Positions 37,081-47,644 of a stretch of DNA of 64,000 nucleotides are shown one piece after another (position 1 is the stretch's first letter; each line of letters opens with the position of its first letter). Source of the stretch: a bacterium (lineage in GTDB: Bacteria > Patescibacteriota > Microgenomatia > Daviesbacterales > UBA10151). The notes beneath the pieces were generated by a model. That model searched no databases and was not told the DNA's origin. It saw nothing but the letters and a program-made list of their open reading frames with translations. Both the position numbers and the translations under genes were made by a program. The stretch covers positions 1 through 64,000 of the forward strand of contig JAJYNW010000006.1 of assembly GCA_021786105.1 (NCBI GenBank). Direction: 5' to 3'.

Positions 37081-38448
37081 ATGAGGTATACTACGCGTCC
37101 TATGATACCTGTCTTCATTGATAGATCCCAAATCCCGCACCAACCTGGTGTTTATATTTACAAAGATAACCGCGGGAGAATTTTATATGTCGGAAAAGCG
37201 ATAGATTTATACCACCGGGTGGCATCTTACTTTCACGCTTCGAGTCAGGAGGAGAGTCCCAAAACAAAAGCTTTGGTGGAACGGATAGCAGGAGTGAAAA
37301 CTATTGTGGTGGAATCAGAATTGGAGGCCCTGATTTTAGAGGCTAACCTGATCCAGAAATATCTACCGCCGTTTAATATCAGGCTGACGGATGAGAATGA
37401 TTATTTATATATTGCCGTAACTGACGAAGATTTCCCCAAAATTATCACTGCTAGAAAAAAAGACCTGCCTGCCGGCAGGCAAGGTCTTGGTAAGGAAAAA
37501 AAGTATTGGGGCCCTTTCCCTTCCAGTCGGACTGTTAGGGAAACTTTGAAATCTCTGAGGAGAGTCTTCCCCTGGTGTTCGAATTTCCAATCCCGGTTTG
37601 TCGATTCAAAACCAAACCGGGATCGGAAACGTAGGCCGTGTTTTTACTACCATATTGGCTTGTGTCCGGGCGTGTGTGCCGGATTGGTGACTAAGGAAGA
37701 CTACGCTAAGATTATCAGCAGATTCTCAAAATTTATGGATGGGAAAAAAGAGGAATTGGTTTCCCAACTGACTAAGGAAATGTTGTCAGCGTCTGAGAAC
37801 CGCCGGTTTGAAGAAGCTGCCAAAATCAAAAAAATCCTGGGGGGAATTGTTTACATGACTCAACCCAACCGAACCAAACTTTATTTGGAAAACCCGAATT
37901 TTTTAGAAGATGAAAGACGGTTGGCTCTGGAGGAACTTAAAAAAGAATTAAGCTTGGAAAAGTTGCCGCGTAGGGTTGAAGGATATGATATTTCCAATAT
38001 TTCCGGTCAGGAAGCCACAGGATCCATGGTAGTTTTGACCCACGGCGAGATTGATAAATCCCAATACAGGAAATTTAAAATCAATATTTCGGGTAAACCG
38101 AATGATGTGGGGATGCATCGGGAGATGATGAGAAGAAGGTTGCGGCATAAAGAATGGCCAATGCCTGATTTAATTCTAATTGACGGAGGTCGGGGGCAAG
38201 TGCGGGGAGTTTGCTCAGAACTGCAATCTGTTAACTGCCGAATACCAATTTTTGGTTTGGCTAAGCGGATGGAATGGCTATATCCGCCAGAGGGTGAGAT
38301 TTTGAAATTATCAAAAAAAAGCCCGGCCCTAAAATTATTGCAAAAGCTGCGGGACGAGGCTCACCGGTTTGCCGTCACTTACCACCGGAAATTACATGGT
38401 AGAATATTATTAGGTATCCCTTCGACAAGCTTAGGGAATATTCGGTGA
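37081..38448 (+). CDS. uvrC: Excinuclease ABC subunit C, lacking C-terminal HhH
   Basis: PGVY, LYVGKA, YDISN, IDGG, RDEAHRFA. Confidence 0.92.
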   Translation: MRYTTRPMIPVFIDRSQIPHQPGVYIYKDNRGRILYVGKAIDLYHRVASYFHASSQEESPKTKALVERIAGVKTIVVESELEALILEANLIQKYLPPFNIRLTDENDYLYIAVTDEDFPKIITARKKDLPAGRQGLGKEKKYWGPFPSSRTVRETLKSLRRVFPWCSNFQSRFVDSKPNRDRKRRPCFYYHIGLCPGVCAGLVTKEDYAKIISRFSKFMDGKKEELVSQLTKEMLSASENRRFEEAAKIKKILGGIVYMTQPNRTKLYLENPNFLEDERRLALEELKKELSLEKLPRRVEGYDISNISGQEATGSMVVLTHGEIDKSQYRKFKINISGKPNDVGMHREMMRRRLRHKEWPMPDLILIDGGRGQVRGVCSELQSVNCRIPIFGLAKRMEWLYPPEGEILKLSKKSPALKLLQKLRDEAHRFAVTYHRKLHGRILLGIPSTSLGNIR

Positions 38449-38876
38449 GCAAAGTCGAACCGTTACCTCCAAACATGAGGACTATGCTCCGTTATTTTTT
38501 AATTAATTTGGTTTCCTTGTGGTTGGCTACCAGATTAATCCCGGGTTTGACTTATACCGGTGGAGCAAAAAGCTTGATTTTGGGCGGCTTGGCGTTTATG
38601 GCGATTAATTTCCTGCTGGTGCCGCTTTTAAAGATTTTATTTCTGCCGCTTAATCTGTTAACCTTGGGGTTGTTTGCCTGGATTACTAATGTTTTGGCCT
38701 TGTTTGCTTTGACCACAATAGTGTCTGATTTCCGGCTGACGCCTTACACCTTTGCCGGATTAAATTACAATGGTTTTATATTGCCGGCGTATGATTTGTC
38801 GCCCTTTTTGGTGGCGGTAGTTGCTTCTTTTATAATTGGGATTATTACCCACTTCCTCCAGTGGCTCAGTCATTAA
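38445..38876 (+). CDS. 4-TM phage-holin-family (YvlD-like) membrane protein
   Basis: PLLKILFLPLNLLTLGLF; real start may be ~38475. Confidence 0.85.
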   Translation: MSKVEPLPPNMRTMLRYFLINLVSLWLATRLIPGLTYTGGAKSLILGGLAFMAINFLLVPLLKILFLPLNLLTLGLFAWITNVLALFALTTIVSDFRLTPYTFAGLNYNGFILPAYDLSPFLVAVVASFIIGIITHFLQWLSH

Positions 38877-38899
38877 GGTTTGGTGTATAATGCTAAGGC

Positions 38900-39115
38900 A
38901 TGAAGCCGGTAATTTCTGTTATTCAAATTATTTTAGGGATTCTCTTGATAGTGGTTATAATACTGCAGCAAAAAGGCGCCGGTTTGGGATCGAGCTTTGG
39001 CGGGGATCTGTCTTTTTACCGGACTAAAAGGGGAGCTGAAAAGCTGTTGTTTTATGCCACTATTGTCATTGCCGTGGCTTTTATACTGTCTTCTTTGGCC
39101 GGGTTGGTGCTTTAG
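38900..39115 (+). CDS. secG: Preprotein translocase subunit SecG
   Basis: ILQQKGAGLGSSFGG...RGAEK. Confidence 0.92.
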   Translation: MKPVISVIQIILGILLIVVIILQQKGAGLGSSFGGDLSFYRTKRGAEKLLFYATIVIAVAFILSSLAGLVL

Positions 39116-39118
39116 ATT

Positions 39119-40501
39119 ATGAATTTAAAACCTTTCAGGTTGTTCTTGCTGATTATTTTTGAATATCTGAAAAGGAATAAGATTTGGGTAATTGGCGGGA
39201 TAGCTTTTTTAACAGCTTTAGTAATTCTGCAGGTTAAATTTAACCTTCTTCATTCGCAAAATTCGATTAGGGTCGGTTTAATAGGCACTTTTCAGGAGCA
39301 CGATTTGCCGGAAGAACTGACAAAATTGGTTTCGGCTTCCTTAGTGGAGGCCAGCAGTGACGGTAAGCTAAGGTCTAATTTGGTGAAAGGGTGGGAGGTT
39401 AATAATGATGCCACCCAGTTTAAATTCAAATTAAAAGATGATCTTCGCTGGTCTGATAATACCCCAATAAAAACCACTGATTTGGAATTTGCCATTCCCA
39501 ATACCAATGTCTCGTATCCTGATGATAAAACGATTCAGTTCAATTTAAAGGAGTCCTATTCGCCACTACCTTCGCTGCTGATTAAACCTGTCTTTAAAAA
39601 AGGAACGTTGATAGGAACCGGTCCGTATCGGATAACAAAGGTAGAAAAAAGCCGGATTTTTATTACCAAGATTACTTTGCAGTCTGACGATCCTAATTTG
39701 CCCCGGGTCTACATTCGTTTCTACCCCAATGAAAAAGTGGCCGTTACCGGTTTTAGTTTAGGTGAAGTTGAGGTCCTTATGGGTCTTAATGACCCAAAAT
39801 TGATGCCCCAAAGTTCTTTAATTGATGTCAAACAAAAGACGGATTATTCGAAAATCGTCACGATCTTTTTTCAGACCGGCGATACACTCCTCCGGAACCG
39901 GTCGCTGCGCCAGGCTTTGTCTTACCAAATTCCTCAGATTTCCGGTGAAGAGGTGGCTGACAATCCTTATCCGCCGAATTCCTGGGTTTATAACAGTGAT
40001 TCTAAAAAATACCTTTCCAATCCGGAGGAAGCCCAGTCAGCGCTGGAAAGAGCTAAGTCGCAGGTTACGGATGATCAGTTGCATTCGGAGTTAGTGCTGA
40101 CGGCAACTCCAAATCTGGAAGAAGTGGGAAAAATTGTTACTGAGTCCTGGAGGAAATTAGGATTTGATGCTAAACTGCGGATTGAATCCGGTATGCCGCA
40201 AAACTTTCAGGCGCTTTTGATTACCCAAAGTATTCCGGCAGATCCTGATCAGTACTTTCTATGGCATGCAAGTCAAACCAAGACTAATCTGACGAAGTAC
40301 GATTCAAAAAGAGCGGATAAGGATTTGGAAGACGGCAGAAAAATTATTACAGAAGATGACAGGCGTACTAAATACTTTGATTTTCAAAAAACCCTTCTGG
40401 AAGATGCTCCGGCCGCTTTCCTGTATTTCCCCAAATATAATATTGTTTATTTAAAGAAGATCGGTCCGCTGCTGGGTAAACTGTTATCAAAAGAGGGATA
40501 G
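39119..40501 (+). CDS. ABC transporter substrate-binding protein, family 5
   Basis: FKLKDDLRWSD, GTGPY, RQALS, DAPAAFLY. Confidence 0.85.
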   Translation: MNLKPFRLFLLIIFEYLKRNKIWVIGGIAFLTALVILQVKFNLLHSQNSIRVGLIGTFQEHDLPEELTKLVSASLVEASSDGKLRSNLVKGWEVNNDATQFKFKLKDDLRWSDNTPIKTTDLEFAIPNTNVSYPDDKTIQFNLKESYSPLPSLLIKPVFKKGTLIGTGPYRITKVEKSRIFITKITLQSDDPNLPRVYIRFYPNEKVAVTGFSLGEVEVLMGLNDPKLMPQSSLIDVKQKTDYSKIVTIFFQTGDTLLRNRSLRQALSYQIPQISGEEVADNPYPPNSWVYNSDSKKYLSNPEEAQSALERAKSQVTDDQLHSELVLTATPNLEEVGKIVTESWRKLGFDAKLRIESGMPQNFQALLITQSIPADPDQYFLWHASQTKTNLTKYDSKRADKDLEDGRKIITEDDRRTKYFDFQKTLLEDAPAAFLYFPKYNIVYLKKIGPLLGKLLSKEG

Positions 40502-41848
40502 TATTGTGCCGATTCCGGCAGCAGCCATCAAACCGGTAATGATCCAGCCCAAAAATGAAATAGCTGGATGGTTAATCCGGTCGCCCATTAATTTTTTGCT
40601 GCTGCTTAATAACACTATTAAAGCTAAAATTACCGGAGCAATTAAACCGTTAACTACGGCAGAATAGATCAAAGTTTTAATAGCATCTAAACCAATAAAA
40701 TTAAGTGCGAGACCGACTGCCATAGAAATAATAATGACTCCGTAAAAGGCATTGGCTTCTTTAAGTTGGTGGTGAAGACCGTATTGCCAACCCAGGCTTT
40801 CTGATAAGCAGTATGAGGCTGCACCGGCCAAAACAGGTACTGCCAAAAGCCCGGTGCCAATAATTCCCAATGTAAAAAGCAGGTAGGTATAGTCTCCGGC
40901 AATCGGGCGCAAGGCAGCAGCGGCATCGGCCGCGGTGGTGATATTGGTAATGCCGTGACTATAAAGAGTGGCGGCGCAGGCGGCAATGATAAAAAACATC
41001 ACCAGATTTGATAAAAACATTCCTGACCAGACATCGATCCTCATTTTTTTGACATCTTCATCAGAGCAGCCTTTTCTAAGTTCCAATGTGTCTTTGCCTT
41101 TTTTGATATCTTCTTCTACCTCCTGGGATGTTTGCCAGAAGAAGAGGTACGGCGATATGGTGGTACCTAATATGGCGCAGACTAAGATGATTTGATTTTT
41201 GGAAAAGGTAATAGCGGGTATAACTGCGTGGGAAAGCAAGTGCCCCCAATTAATATTTACCATAAAAGCAGAAAGGACATAGGATAAAAGAATTAAAGCC
41301 AGCCATTTTAAGTATTTGGCATATTTTTCATACGGGGTAAATATTTGTAAGCCTAAACTAAAGGCGGTAAATATAAAAACCAACAGCCCGAAATTAATAT
41401 TAGGAAACAACAGCTGGGTGGCTTTGGCCATGGCGCCTAAGTCTGCGCCGATGTTTAAAGTGTTGGCTATTAATAATAATATTGTAGAAAGGTACAGAAT
41501 CCATTTGGGAAAGTGGTCCCGGATATTGCCGGCCAGCCCTTGGCCTGTCACCAGACCGATTCTGGCACACATTTCTTGAACTATGGCCATTAAAGGGAAA
41601 GTCAGAGGGGCGAGCCACAGGAGCTGAAATCCGAATTGGGCTCCGGTTTGTGAATAGGTAGCAATTCCTGATGGGTCGTCATCAGAAGCACCGGTGGTTA
41701 GACCGGGTCCCAAATTATCCCAATATTCTTTGCCTTTTTTGACATGTTTTTGGTTTTTAATCGTTGAACCAACAAGCTGAGATAAGCTAATAGCATGTCC
41801 CAAAAAAATTGCCGGCGATTCAACTAATCTTTCCAGTTTTCTCTCCAT
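40487..41848 (-). CDS. NRAMP-family divalent metal transporter
   Basis: GPGLTTGASDDDPSGI, GTTISPY. Confidence 0.92.
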   Translation of the reverse strand: MERKLERLVESPAIFLGHAISLSQLVGSTIKNQKHVKKGKEYWDNLGPGLTTGASDDDPSGIATYSQTGAQFGFQLLWLAPLTFPLMAIVQEMCARIGLVTGQGLAGNIRDHFPKWILYLSTILLLIANTLNIGADLGAMAKATQLLFPNINFGLLVFIFTAFSLGLQIFTPYEKYAKYLKWLALILLSYVLSAFMVNINWGHLLSHAVIPAITFSKNQIILVCAILGTTISPYLFFWQTSQEVEEDIKKGKDTLELRKGCSDEDVKKMRIDVWSGMFLSNLVMFFIIAACAATLYSHGITNITTAADAAAALRPIAGDYTYLLFTLGIIGTGLLAVPVLAGAASYCLSESLGWQYGLHHQLKEANAFYGVIIISMAVGLALNFIGLDAIKTLIYSAVVNGLIAPVILALIVLLSSSKKLMGDRINHPAISFLGWIITGLMAAAGIGTILSLF

Positions 41849-42158
41849 AGGATTCCCTCCTTAGATTAATCCAGCTGAGTTTTCCTTTAAAAAACGAGCG
41901 TAGGAAGAAAGTGGTTATTCGTTTCTTCTACGCTCTAACAAGTTAAGTGTAGTCCTCGCTTTTAGGGGTTGTCAAGACTGTAAAATGTAAAGCTAAAAGT
42001 GGAAATAGATTTTGGCAATTGACAAGAGTACTCCTTTTGTTTTTAAATAAGCCTCTGAGGTAAAAACATACACCTGCGGAAATAATATTCTTTCTGCCCC
42101 AAATTAATGCTCATACTTCTGTCCGTATGGTTTACCCGCTCAGAAAGGAGGTGAACAT

Positions 42159-42716
42159 ATGAGAAGAATTCTTTTAGCCACTGTAATCGCCACTGCTTCT
42201 CTTTCGGTAGCTGTGATGACAACTTGGGCTGCCTGGACTTCGTCTGTAACAGTCAGTAATAACGTTATTACTACAGGCAGTGTTAGCTTGCAAGTTTCTC
42301 TTACTGGTAACAGTAATGATTATGGATCATCTGTATCCTCAAGCACAGCGATATCCGGTTTAATGCCTACCAATACAAGCAGTAAAGGTACGACATTCTA
42401 TGTAAAAAACAACAGCTCAACCGGGGTTAATTTTAACCTGGGAGCTGTAGGATCAGCTGTTATTTCTGGGAGTCCTGCACCTGCCGATTTAACCAGTCTG
42501 CAGATATCAATTGTCCCGAGTGGAAGCTCAGCTTCAACAATTGATGCTAACTATCATACATTGTCTGCATGGGGATCCAGTCAGACTTTGGGTACTTTGA
42601 GTTCAGGAGCAAGCCAACCATATGATATATATGCCAAGCTTGCTACCACCGCAGCCGATGATTGGCAAGGAAGACAAGTAACCTTTGCCGTTACGGTTAC
42701 CGGTTCACAGATCTAG
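42159..42716 (+). CDS. TasA-like protein with SipW-type signal peptide, locus 2
   Basis: TTWA|AWTSSVTVSNNVITTGSV; SD AGAAAGGAGGTGA. Confidence 0.8.
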   Translation: MRRILLATVIATASLSVAVMTTWAAWTSSVTVSNNVITTGSVSLQVSLTGNSNDYGSSVSSSTAISGLMPTNTSSKGTTFYVKNNSSTGVNFNLGAVGSAVISGSPAPADLTSLQISIVPSGSSASTIDANYHTLSAWGSSQTLGTLSSGASQPYDIYAKLATTAADDWQGRQVTFAVTVTGSQI

Positions 42717-42786
42717 AATTTTTCTAGTCTTTTTGGGAGTCAAAGGGACGCCTTTGGCTCCTTGTAAAGGTTAGAAGTTTAATTAT

Positions 42787-43341
42787 ATGAAGTTGATTTG
42801 GCCAAAACATACAATTTTGTTTACTTTTAAAGTATTAATTTTTTGCCTGGCGGTTTTTATGGCCATATTGTCAGCGTTGGTGTATTTGCCTTTGAAAACA
42901 CCGCTTAAAATGTTTGTAGTTTTATCCGGCAGTATGAACCCGGTAATTCCGGCCGGTTCGATTGTAATGGTTGAGCGTGAGCCGGTCTCGATTCAAAAGG
43001 GAGAGGTGATCACTTTTATCCATCCAAATAAACCACTGGAGTTTGTTACCCACAGAGTTATTAATGTTGAGAGTCAAGGAAATACAGCTGTTTATCAAAC
43101 AAAGGGAGATGCTAATAATATTCCGGATCAGTGGGTGGTAAAAAAAGAGGCTGTTTGGGGTAAAGCCACTTTTGTGGTGCCATTTTTGGGTTATCTAATC
43201 AACTTTGCCAAAACTAAGTTGGGGGTAGTGTTGATAATAGCGTTACCGCTGTTTTTAATAGCTGCCAGCGAAATGACAGTAATTGTTAAAGAAATTAAAC
43301 GCCTTAGGCAGGCAAAGATTAAACTGCCGCAACTGGACTAA
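42787..43341 (+). CDS. sipW: SipW-type signal peptidase I
   Basis: SGSMNP, VTHR, TKGDAN, PFLG. Confidence 0.9.
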   Translation: MKLIWPKHTILFTFKVLIFCLAVFMAILSALVYLPLKTPLKMFVVLSGSMNPVIPAGSIVMVEREPVSIQKGEVITFIHPNKPLEFVTHRVINVESQGNTAVYQTKGDANNIPDQWVVKKEAVWGKATFVVPFLGYLINFAKTKLGVVLIIALPLFLIAASEMTVIVKEIKRLRQAKIKLPQLD

Positions 43342-44042
43342 TGAAAAAAAATAAATCCTTATTTTTAGCAATAATTTTGATTTTGAGTTTTAACGTGCTG
43401 ATGCTGGTGCCAACTACCCGGGCGCTTTTTACAGACAGTATCCAAGTGACAAATAACAATATTTCTACCGGCACCTGGCCGGCACCTACGCCAACCCCAA
43501 CCGCAACTCCGGCTCCCACACCAACACCTACCCCGGCACCAACTGCTACACCAACCCCTGCTCCTACTGCCACTCCGGCACCGACGACGACTCCTAACCC
43601 GAATGCGGTTGATACCAGAATTGATCCTGCTACTGCCACTGCTTCAGCTAGTCAGAACTTTACTGTTAATTTAGTAGTCAGTAACGCCCAAGATACGGGA
43701 GGATTCCAGACAACTATTTCTTATGACCCAAACAAAGTAACTTTTGTCAGCGCAGCTTTGGGTCCATTCCTTACCAGTACCGGTAGAGCTCTTTATGGGA
43801 CATTTGGGCCAATGGTAGATTCTACAGCCGGGACTGTAACCTATGGAGCTAATACCCTCGGCCTTGCTCCGCTTGGACCTAATGGTGAAGGAACTATTGC
43901 CAGCTTTACCTTTACAACTAAATCAGTCGGCCAAAGCAGCTTGAATATTACTGATATGGAGGTTGACCGCCGTTTAGATACAGGTTCGGGTTCAATCCAG
44001 CCTAACGGCCAAATAACAGGAGGAACCGTCACTGCCCAGTGA
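43341..44042 (+). CDS. SipW-substrate protein with Pro/Thr linker and cohesin-like domain
   Basis: TRA|LFTDSIQVTNNNISTGTW; FTVNLVV...GFQTTISYDP...GTIASFTF. Confidence 0.78.
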   Translation: MKKNKSLFLAIILILSFNVLMLVPTTRALFTDSIQVTNNNISTGTWPAPTPTPTATPAPTPTPTPAPTATPTPAPTATPAPTTTPNPNAVDTRIDPATATASASQNFTVNLVVSNAQDTGGFQTTISYDPNKVTFVSAALGPFLTSTGRALYGTFGPMVDSTAGTVTYGANTLGLAPLGPNGEGTIASFTFTTKSVGQSSLNITDMEVDRRLDTGSGSIQPNGQITGGTVTAQ

Positions 44043-44698
44043 AACTTACTTTGAAGTTATTCGTTATAACTATAATGCTGGTTTTTACTCCTTTGCTACT
44101 AACAGGCTTAGTCAAAGCCGCGGATTTGGAAATTAGTTGTTCCGGTTCAGACAAAGATTGTTCAAAATCAACTGATGCTTCCTTGTTTAGCGCAACTGAC
44201 GGGTTGTGGTTTCCCGGAAAAACTGTTTCCAAAATTATCTCTTTAAAAAATGACAGCGGGGCAGATCAAGTAATATCCGTCCAGGGGATCCGAAGAGGCA
44301 GAAGAGACGGCTTGGGGAATGTGTTATACCTGACTTTTGCCAACAACCAAACCAGTCAGATTGTTTGGCAGGGCACTTTAACCAGGCTTGATGCTAATAA
44401 ATTAATTAATCTGGGTAGTCTTGCAGCTGGGGATAGCCTGGAAGTAAAGACGTCTTTAGGGATGTTAAAAACTGCCTCTGCTGACTTCGAAAACCAAAAA
44501 ACTACCTTTGATCTGACTTTTAATTTCCGAAGTGACAGCGAAAAAAATAACAAGACTGAAGAGAGAAAGAATGAGGGCCGGGTTTTGGGGCAATCAACTG
44601 AGGCGACCCCAGAGTCTTCCTGGATTTCAAAAATATTTACAGCCATTCATGGATTTTTCTCAAGAATTTTCAGTGTCTTTAATGTCTTTGCCCGGTGA
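44039..44698 (+). CDS. Exported TasA-like accessory protein, paralog of the 28869 N-terminal domain
   Basis: AADLEISC...DC.K...DGLWFPG aligns with AADLNIDC...DGVWHPG. Confidence 0.78.
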   Translation: MKLTLKLFVITIMLVFTPLLLTGLVKAADLEISCSGSDKDCSKSTDASLFSATDGLWFPGKTVSKIISLKNDSGADQVISVQGIRRGRRDGLGNVLYLTFANNQTSQIVWQGTLTRLDANKLINLGSLAAGDSLEVKTSLGMLKTASADFENQKTTFDLTFNFRSDSEKNNKTEERKNEGRVLGQSTEATPESSWISKIFTAIHGFFSRIFSVFNVFAR

Positions 44699-44746
44699 CA
44701 GCCTGAATTGACATATGCAAGTTACCTATAGTAAACTTTAGAACTT

Positions 44747-45952
44747 ATGTCTATAGAATCTAAATTAAATAAGATAGAAAAACTTCTCCCGGTTAGTCGC
44801 AAGGGTGGAATAAATATAGTTGGTGGAGTATTAATTACTGGTACGGCCTTGTTGATTGCTGCAAATCCGGATGCTGCAGCAGCATTTTTTGCTAAATTGA
44901 GTTCCCCGAGTGCAGTTTCCAGTATTCCTGCCGTTCCTACCCCAGGATTAGGAGCAATGACTGTTTACCAGGTTGAAAATGCCAACCCCACCAATCTTCT
45001 TGTTACATCAATTATTACGGATACTGTGAGCTTTAAAACAGTCATAACTAATACTATTCCTGCATGCAGTACTTCCCAGATCCATCTTAGAGATATTAAT
45101 CAAGTTTCCAGTCCTTTTAACGGAGCAATGACTGTTAGCGCGGATCAACCCATGAATGCAAGAATTGTCGGTTATGATTATCCGCCCGGGGTTGTGGTTA
45201 CTACGACAATAAATCAGCAAGTACAAGCGGTAGATTTTAACGGAGACGGAAAAATAACCAATGCGGATATCCAACCTCCAGCTACCCGTTGGGGAATTGA
45301 CGAATGTAATACTGCTTATGCTTCGCAATATGATATCAGAAACGCAAATGGTGAAAAATATCCTGACGGCAAAATGAAAACTGGAGATATCCAAGCAGTA
45401 TCCACCATGTGGGGTATGACCTACACCCTGCCCATCACTAATACGGCTCAGGCAGCGGCTTTAAAGCGGCCTTTGGCAATGGCGCCACAAGTGGATTTAA
45501 AACTTCAACCGTCAGATATTACTGTTTTGCCTGGAGGGACTTTCACCGTTAGCATTGAAGCGGATAATGTGACTGATCTGGCTGGATTTGAGGCTACACT
45601 GAAATATGACCCTGCGAAATTACAAATGACGGGTACTCTGTTAGGTAAGACAAGCCGACCCATGAAGCAACTAAGCCGTCCAACAGAAGACGGCAACGGT
45701 ATTGTGGTAGAAGGTCATAGTCAGGGGATGCTTCCGGCGGGAGATAATGGCAATGTTGTTTTGGAAACCTTTTCTTTTAAGGCAGGAGGAGCGGGTAGTA
45801 TTGATTTAACACTGAGCGGTGCAGAAGTAAACTCACGCCTTAATGGCGGAATGGGTATTAGGTCTATAACTAATGCCAAGGTTTTAATTTCTGACCTTTT
45901 GCACAGGCTCTATTTGCCTGGGGTATTCCGCTTATCGCCCTCGAAGCCTTAA
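44747..45952 (+). CDS. Exported protein with dockerin-like and cohesin-like domains
   Basis: DFNGDGKITNADI and PDGKMKTGDI loops; FTVSIEA...LAGFEATLKYDP. Confidence 0.72.
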   Translation: MSIESKLNKIEKLLPVSRKGGINIVGGVLITGTALLIAANPDAAAAFFAKLSSPSAVSSIPAVPTPGLGAMTVYQVENANPTNLLVTSIITDTVSFKTVITNTIPACSTSQIHLRDINQVSSPFNGAMTVSADQPMNARIVGYDYPPGVVVTTTINQQVQAVDFNGDGKITNADIQPPATRWGIDECNTAYASQYDIRNANGEKYPDGKMKTGDIQAVSTMWGMTYTLPITNTAQAAALKRPLAMAPQVDLKLQPSDITVLPGGTFTVSIEADNVTDLAGFEATLKYDPAKLQMTGTLLGKTSRPMKQLSRPTEDGNGIVVEGHSQGMLPAGDNGNVVLETFSFKAGGAGSIDLTLSGAEVNSRLNGGMGIRSITNAKVLISDLLHRLYLPGVFRLSPSKP

Positions 45953-46011
45953 GTTGAACTAGTAAAGATCCTCTTTAACTCTTTGAGAGAAACTCAGGTA
46001 TAATCAGACTT

Positions 46012-47424
46012 ATGAGATTAAGAAAGACTAAAATTATTTGTACTATTGGCCCGGCTTCCTGGGATAAATTAGAGCAGCTGATGCAAAATGGCATGGATTT
46101 GGCCCGGTTAAATTTCTCTCACGGTACTCATGAGGAGAAGAAAGAACAAATAGTCAATATCAGAAAGCTTTCCCAAAAATTAAACAAACACGTAGCCGTC
46201 ATTGCTGATCTGCAGGGACCTAAACTAAGACTGGGGACTTTTGAAGGAGAGAAAAGTATTACCCAAGGAGAGATTGTTCATTTGGCCTTAAATCCGGTGG
46301 CCGGGGAAATTCCTATTCAGTTTGATCTTTCCACTTACGTAAAAAAAGGACAGCGGATATTTTTGAACGATGGCTTGGTAGAATTAAAGGTAAGTAAACT
46401 TAAAGGAAAAATTATCGAGGCAGTTGCACAAAATAACGGTTGGGTGGCTGCTAATAAAGGAGTAAATATTCCTGATACTTCATTAGGTAAAGACACTTTT
46501 ACCGAGAAGGATTATGCAGACGCGGAGTTTGCCCTAAAAGAAGGGGTGGATTTTTTAGCGATGTCTTTTGTGCAAAGGGCACAGGATTTGGATGCTTTGA
46601 AGGATTTGATCAAAAAACACAAAAGCAAAGCTAAAGTTATTGCCAAAATTGAGAAAAAAGAAGCAGCCGAAAACCTAAAAGACATTATTCTGGCCTCAGA
46701 TGGGGTTATGGTAGCCAGAGGTGATTTAGCAATTGAAACTTCCGCGGCCAAAGTGCCGATTCTTCAGCAAGAAATAATTTCCCTGGCCCGTCAATTACGA
46801 AAACCAGTGATCATCGCTACCCAAATGTTGGAGTCGATGGTTGGCAATCCCCGGCCTACCCGGGCCGAAGCGTCTGATGTGGCATATGCGGTTTTTAATC
46901 AAGTGGATGCGGTAATGCTGTCTGCAGAATCGGCTATCGGAAAATACCCGGTGGAAGCAGCAGCTACAATGCAGGATATTATTTTTTCCGTAGAAGAGAA
47001 CCCTGATCTTGTACACTCTCTCAACATTGGATGGGAGAATTTGGATAAAGAAGAATTGCAGTTAAATGCTCTTGTTTCTTCTGCAGCTTCACTTGCTCGT
47101 AATATTCAATCTCCGCTTATTGCTGCGGCTACTGAAACAGGCAAGACTGCCCGCTATGTTTCTGCTTTCCGTCCCAACGCTGTGATTGTGGCAGCCGTTG
47201 CTGATGAAACGATCCGAAACCAGCTGATGCTGATTTGGGGAGTACATCCTTTAATTGTGGAGCTTTCTCCTTCCAGTGATATTTATTTAAAAAGAATTAT
47301 TGAAACAATTAAGAAAAAAAGGTTGGCAGAAAAGGGCAGCAAAATAGTGATGATTACCGGTTCAATTACCGGAGTCAGCGGAGCTACGGATACTGTTAAA
47401 ATAGGCCGGATTTGTGGAATTTAA
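46012..47424 (+). CDS. pyk: Pyruvate kinase
   Basis: TKIICTIGPA, RLNFSHG, MVARGDL, ATQMLESM. Confidence 0.97.
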   Translation: MRLRKTKIICTIGPASWDKLEQLMQNGMDLARLNFSHGTHEEKKEQIVNIRKLSQKLNKHVAVIADLQGPKLRLGTFEGEKSITQGEIVHLALNPVAGEIPIQFDLSTYVKKGQRIFLNDGLVELKVSKLKGKIIEAVAQNNGWVAANKGVNIPDTSLGKDTFTEKDYADAEFALKEGVDFLAMSFVQRAQDLDALKDLIKKHKSKAKVIAKIEKKEAAENLKDIILASDGVMVARGDLAIETSAAKVPILQQEIISLARQLRKPVIIATQMLESMVGNPRPTRAEASDVAYAVFNQVDAVMLSAESAIGKYPVEAAATMQDIIFSVEENPDLVHSLNIGWENLDKEELQLNALVSSAASLARNIQSPLIAAATETGKTARYVSAFRPNAVIVAAVADETIRNQLMLIWGVHPLIVELSPSSDIYLKRIIETIKKKRLAEKGSKIVMITGSITGVSGATDTVKIGRICGI

Positions 47425-47573
47425 AACCTCAACTAGGAACCTGGCTGATGGTTTTATCATTTAAGCTCTTCGGAGCTAATGAATTTGGTGTACGTTTCTT
47501 CTCTGCCTTTTTTGGAATACTCATATTAATAACTGTCTATTTTAGCAAGAAGTATTTCGACAGACTTAGGTGA
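47424..47573 (+). pseudogene. Fragment of a GT39/ArnT-like glycosyltransferase
   Basis: KPQLGTWLMVLSFKLFGANEFGVRFFSAFFG, with no upstream part. Confidence 0.6.
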
Positions 47574-47644
47574 TCCAGTGGGTTTTCCGAGGAAGTAAAT
47601 AATTTATCTGCATTATCAAATTCTTGCACTTTTCCATTCATTGC

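Noticed and set aside
38445-38876. Prophage suggested by the holin-family gene
   Set aside because: Housekeeping context and no phage genes
43485-43600. Tandem DNA repeat (also 27900-27980, 28545-28860, 63100-63210)
   Set aside because: Degenerate codons of Pro/Thr/Ser linkers
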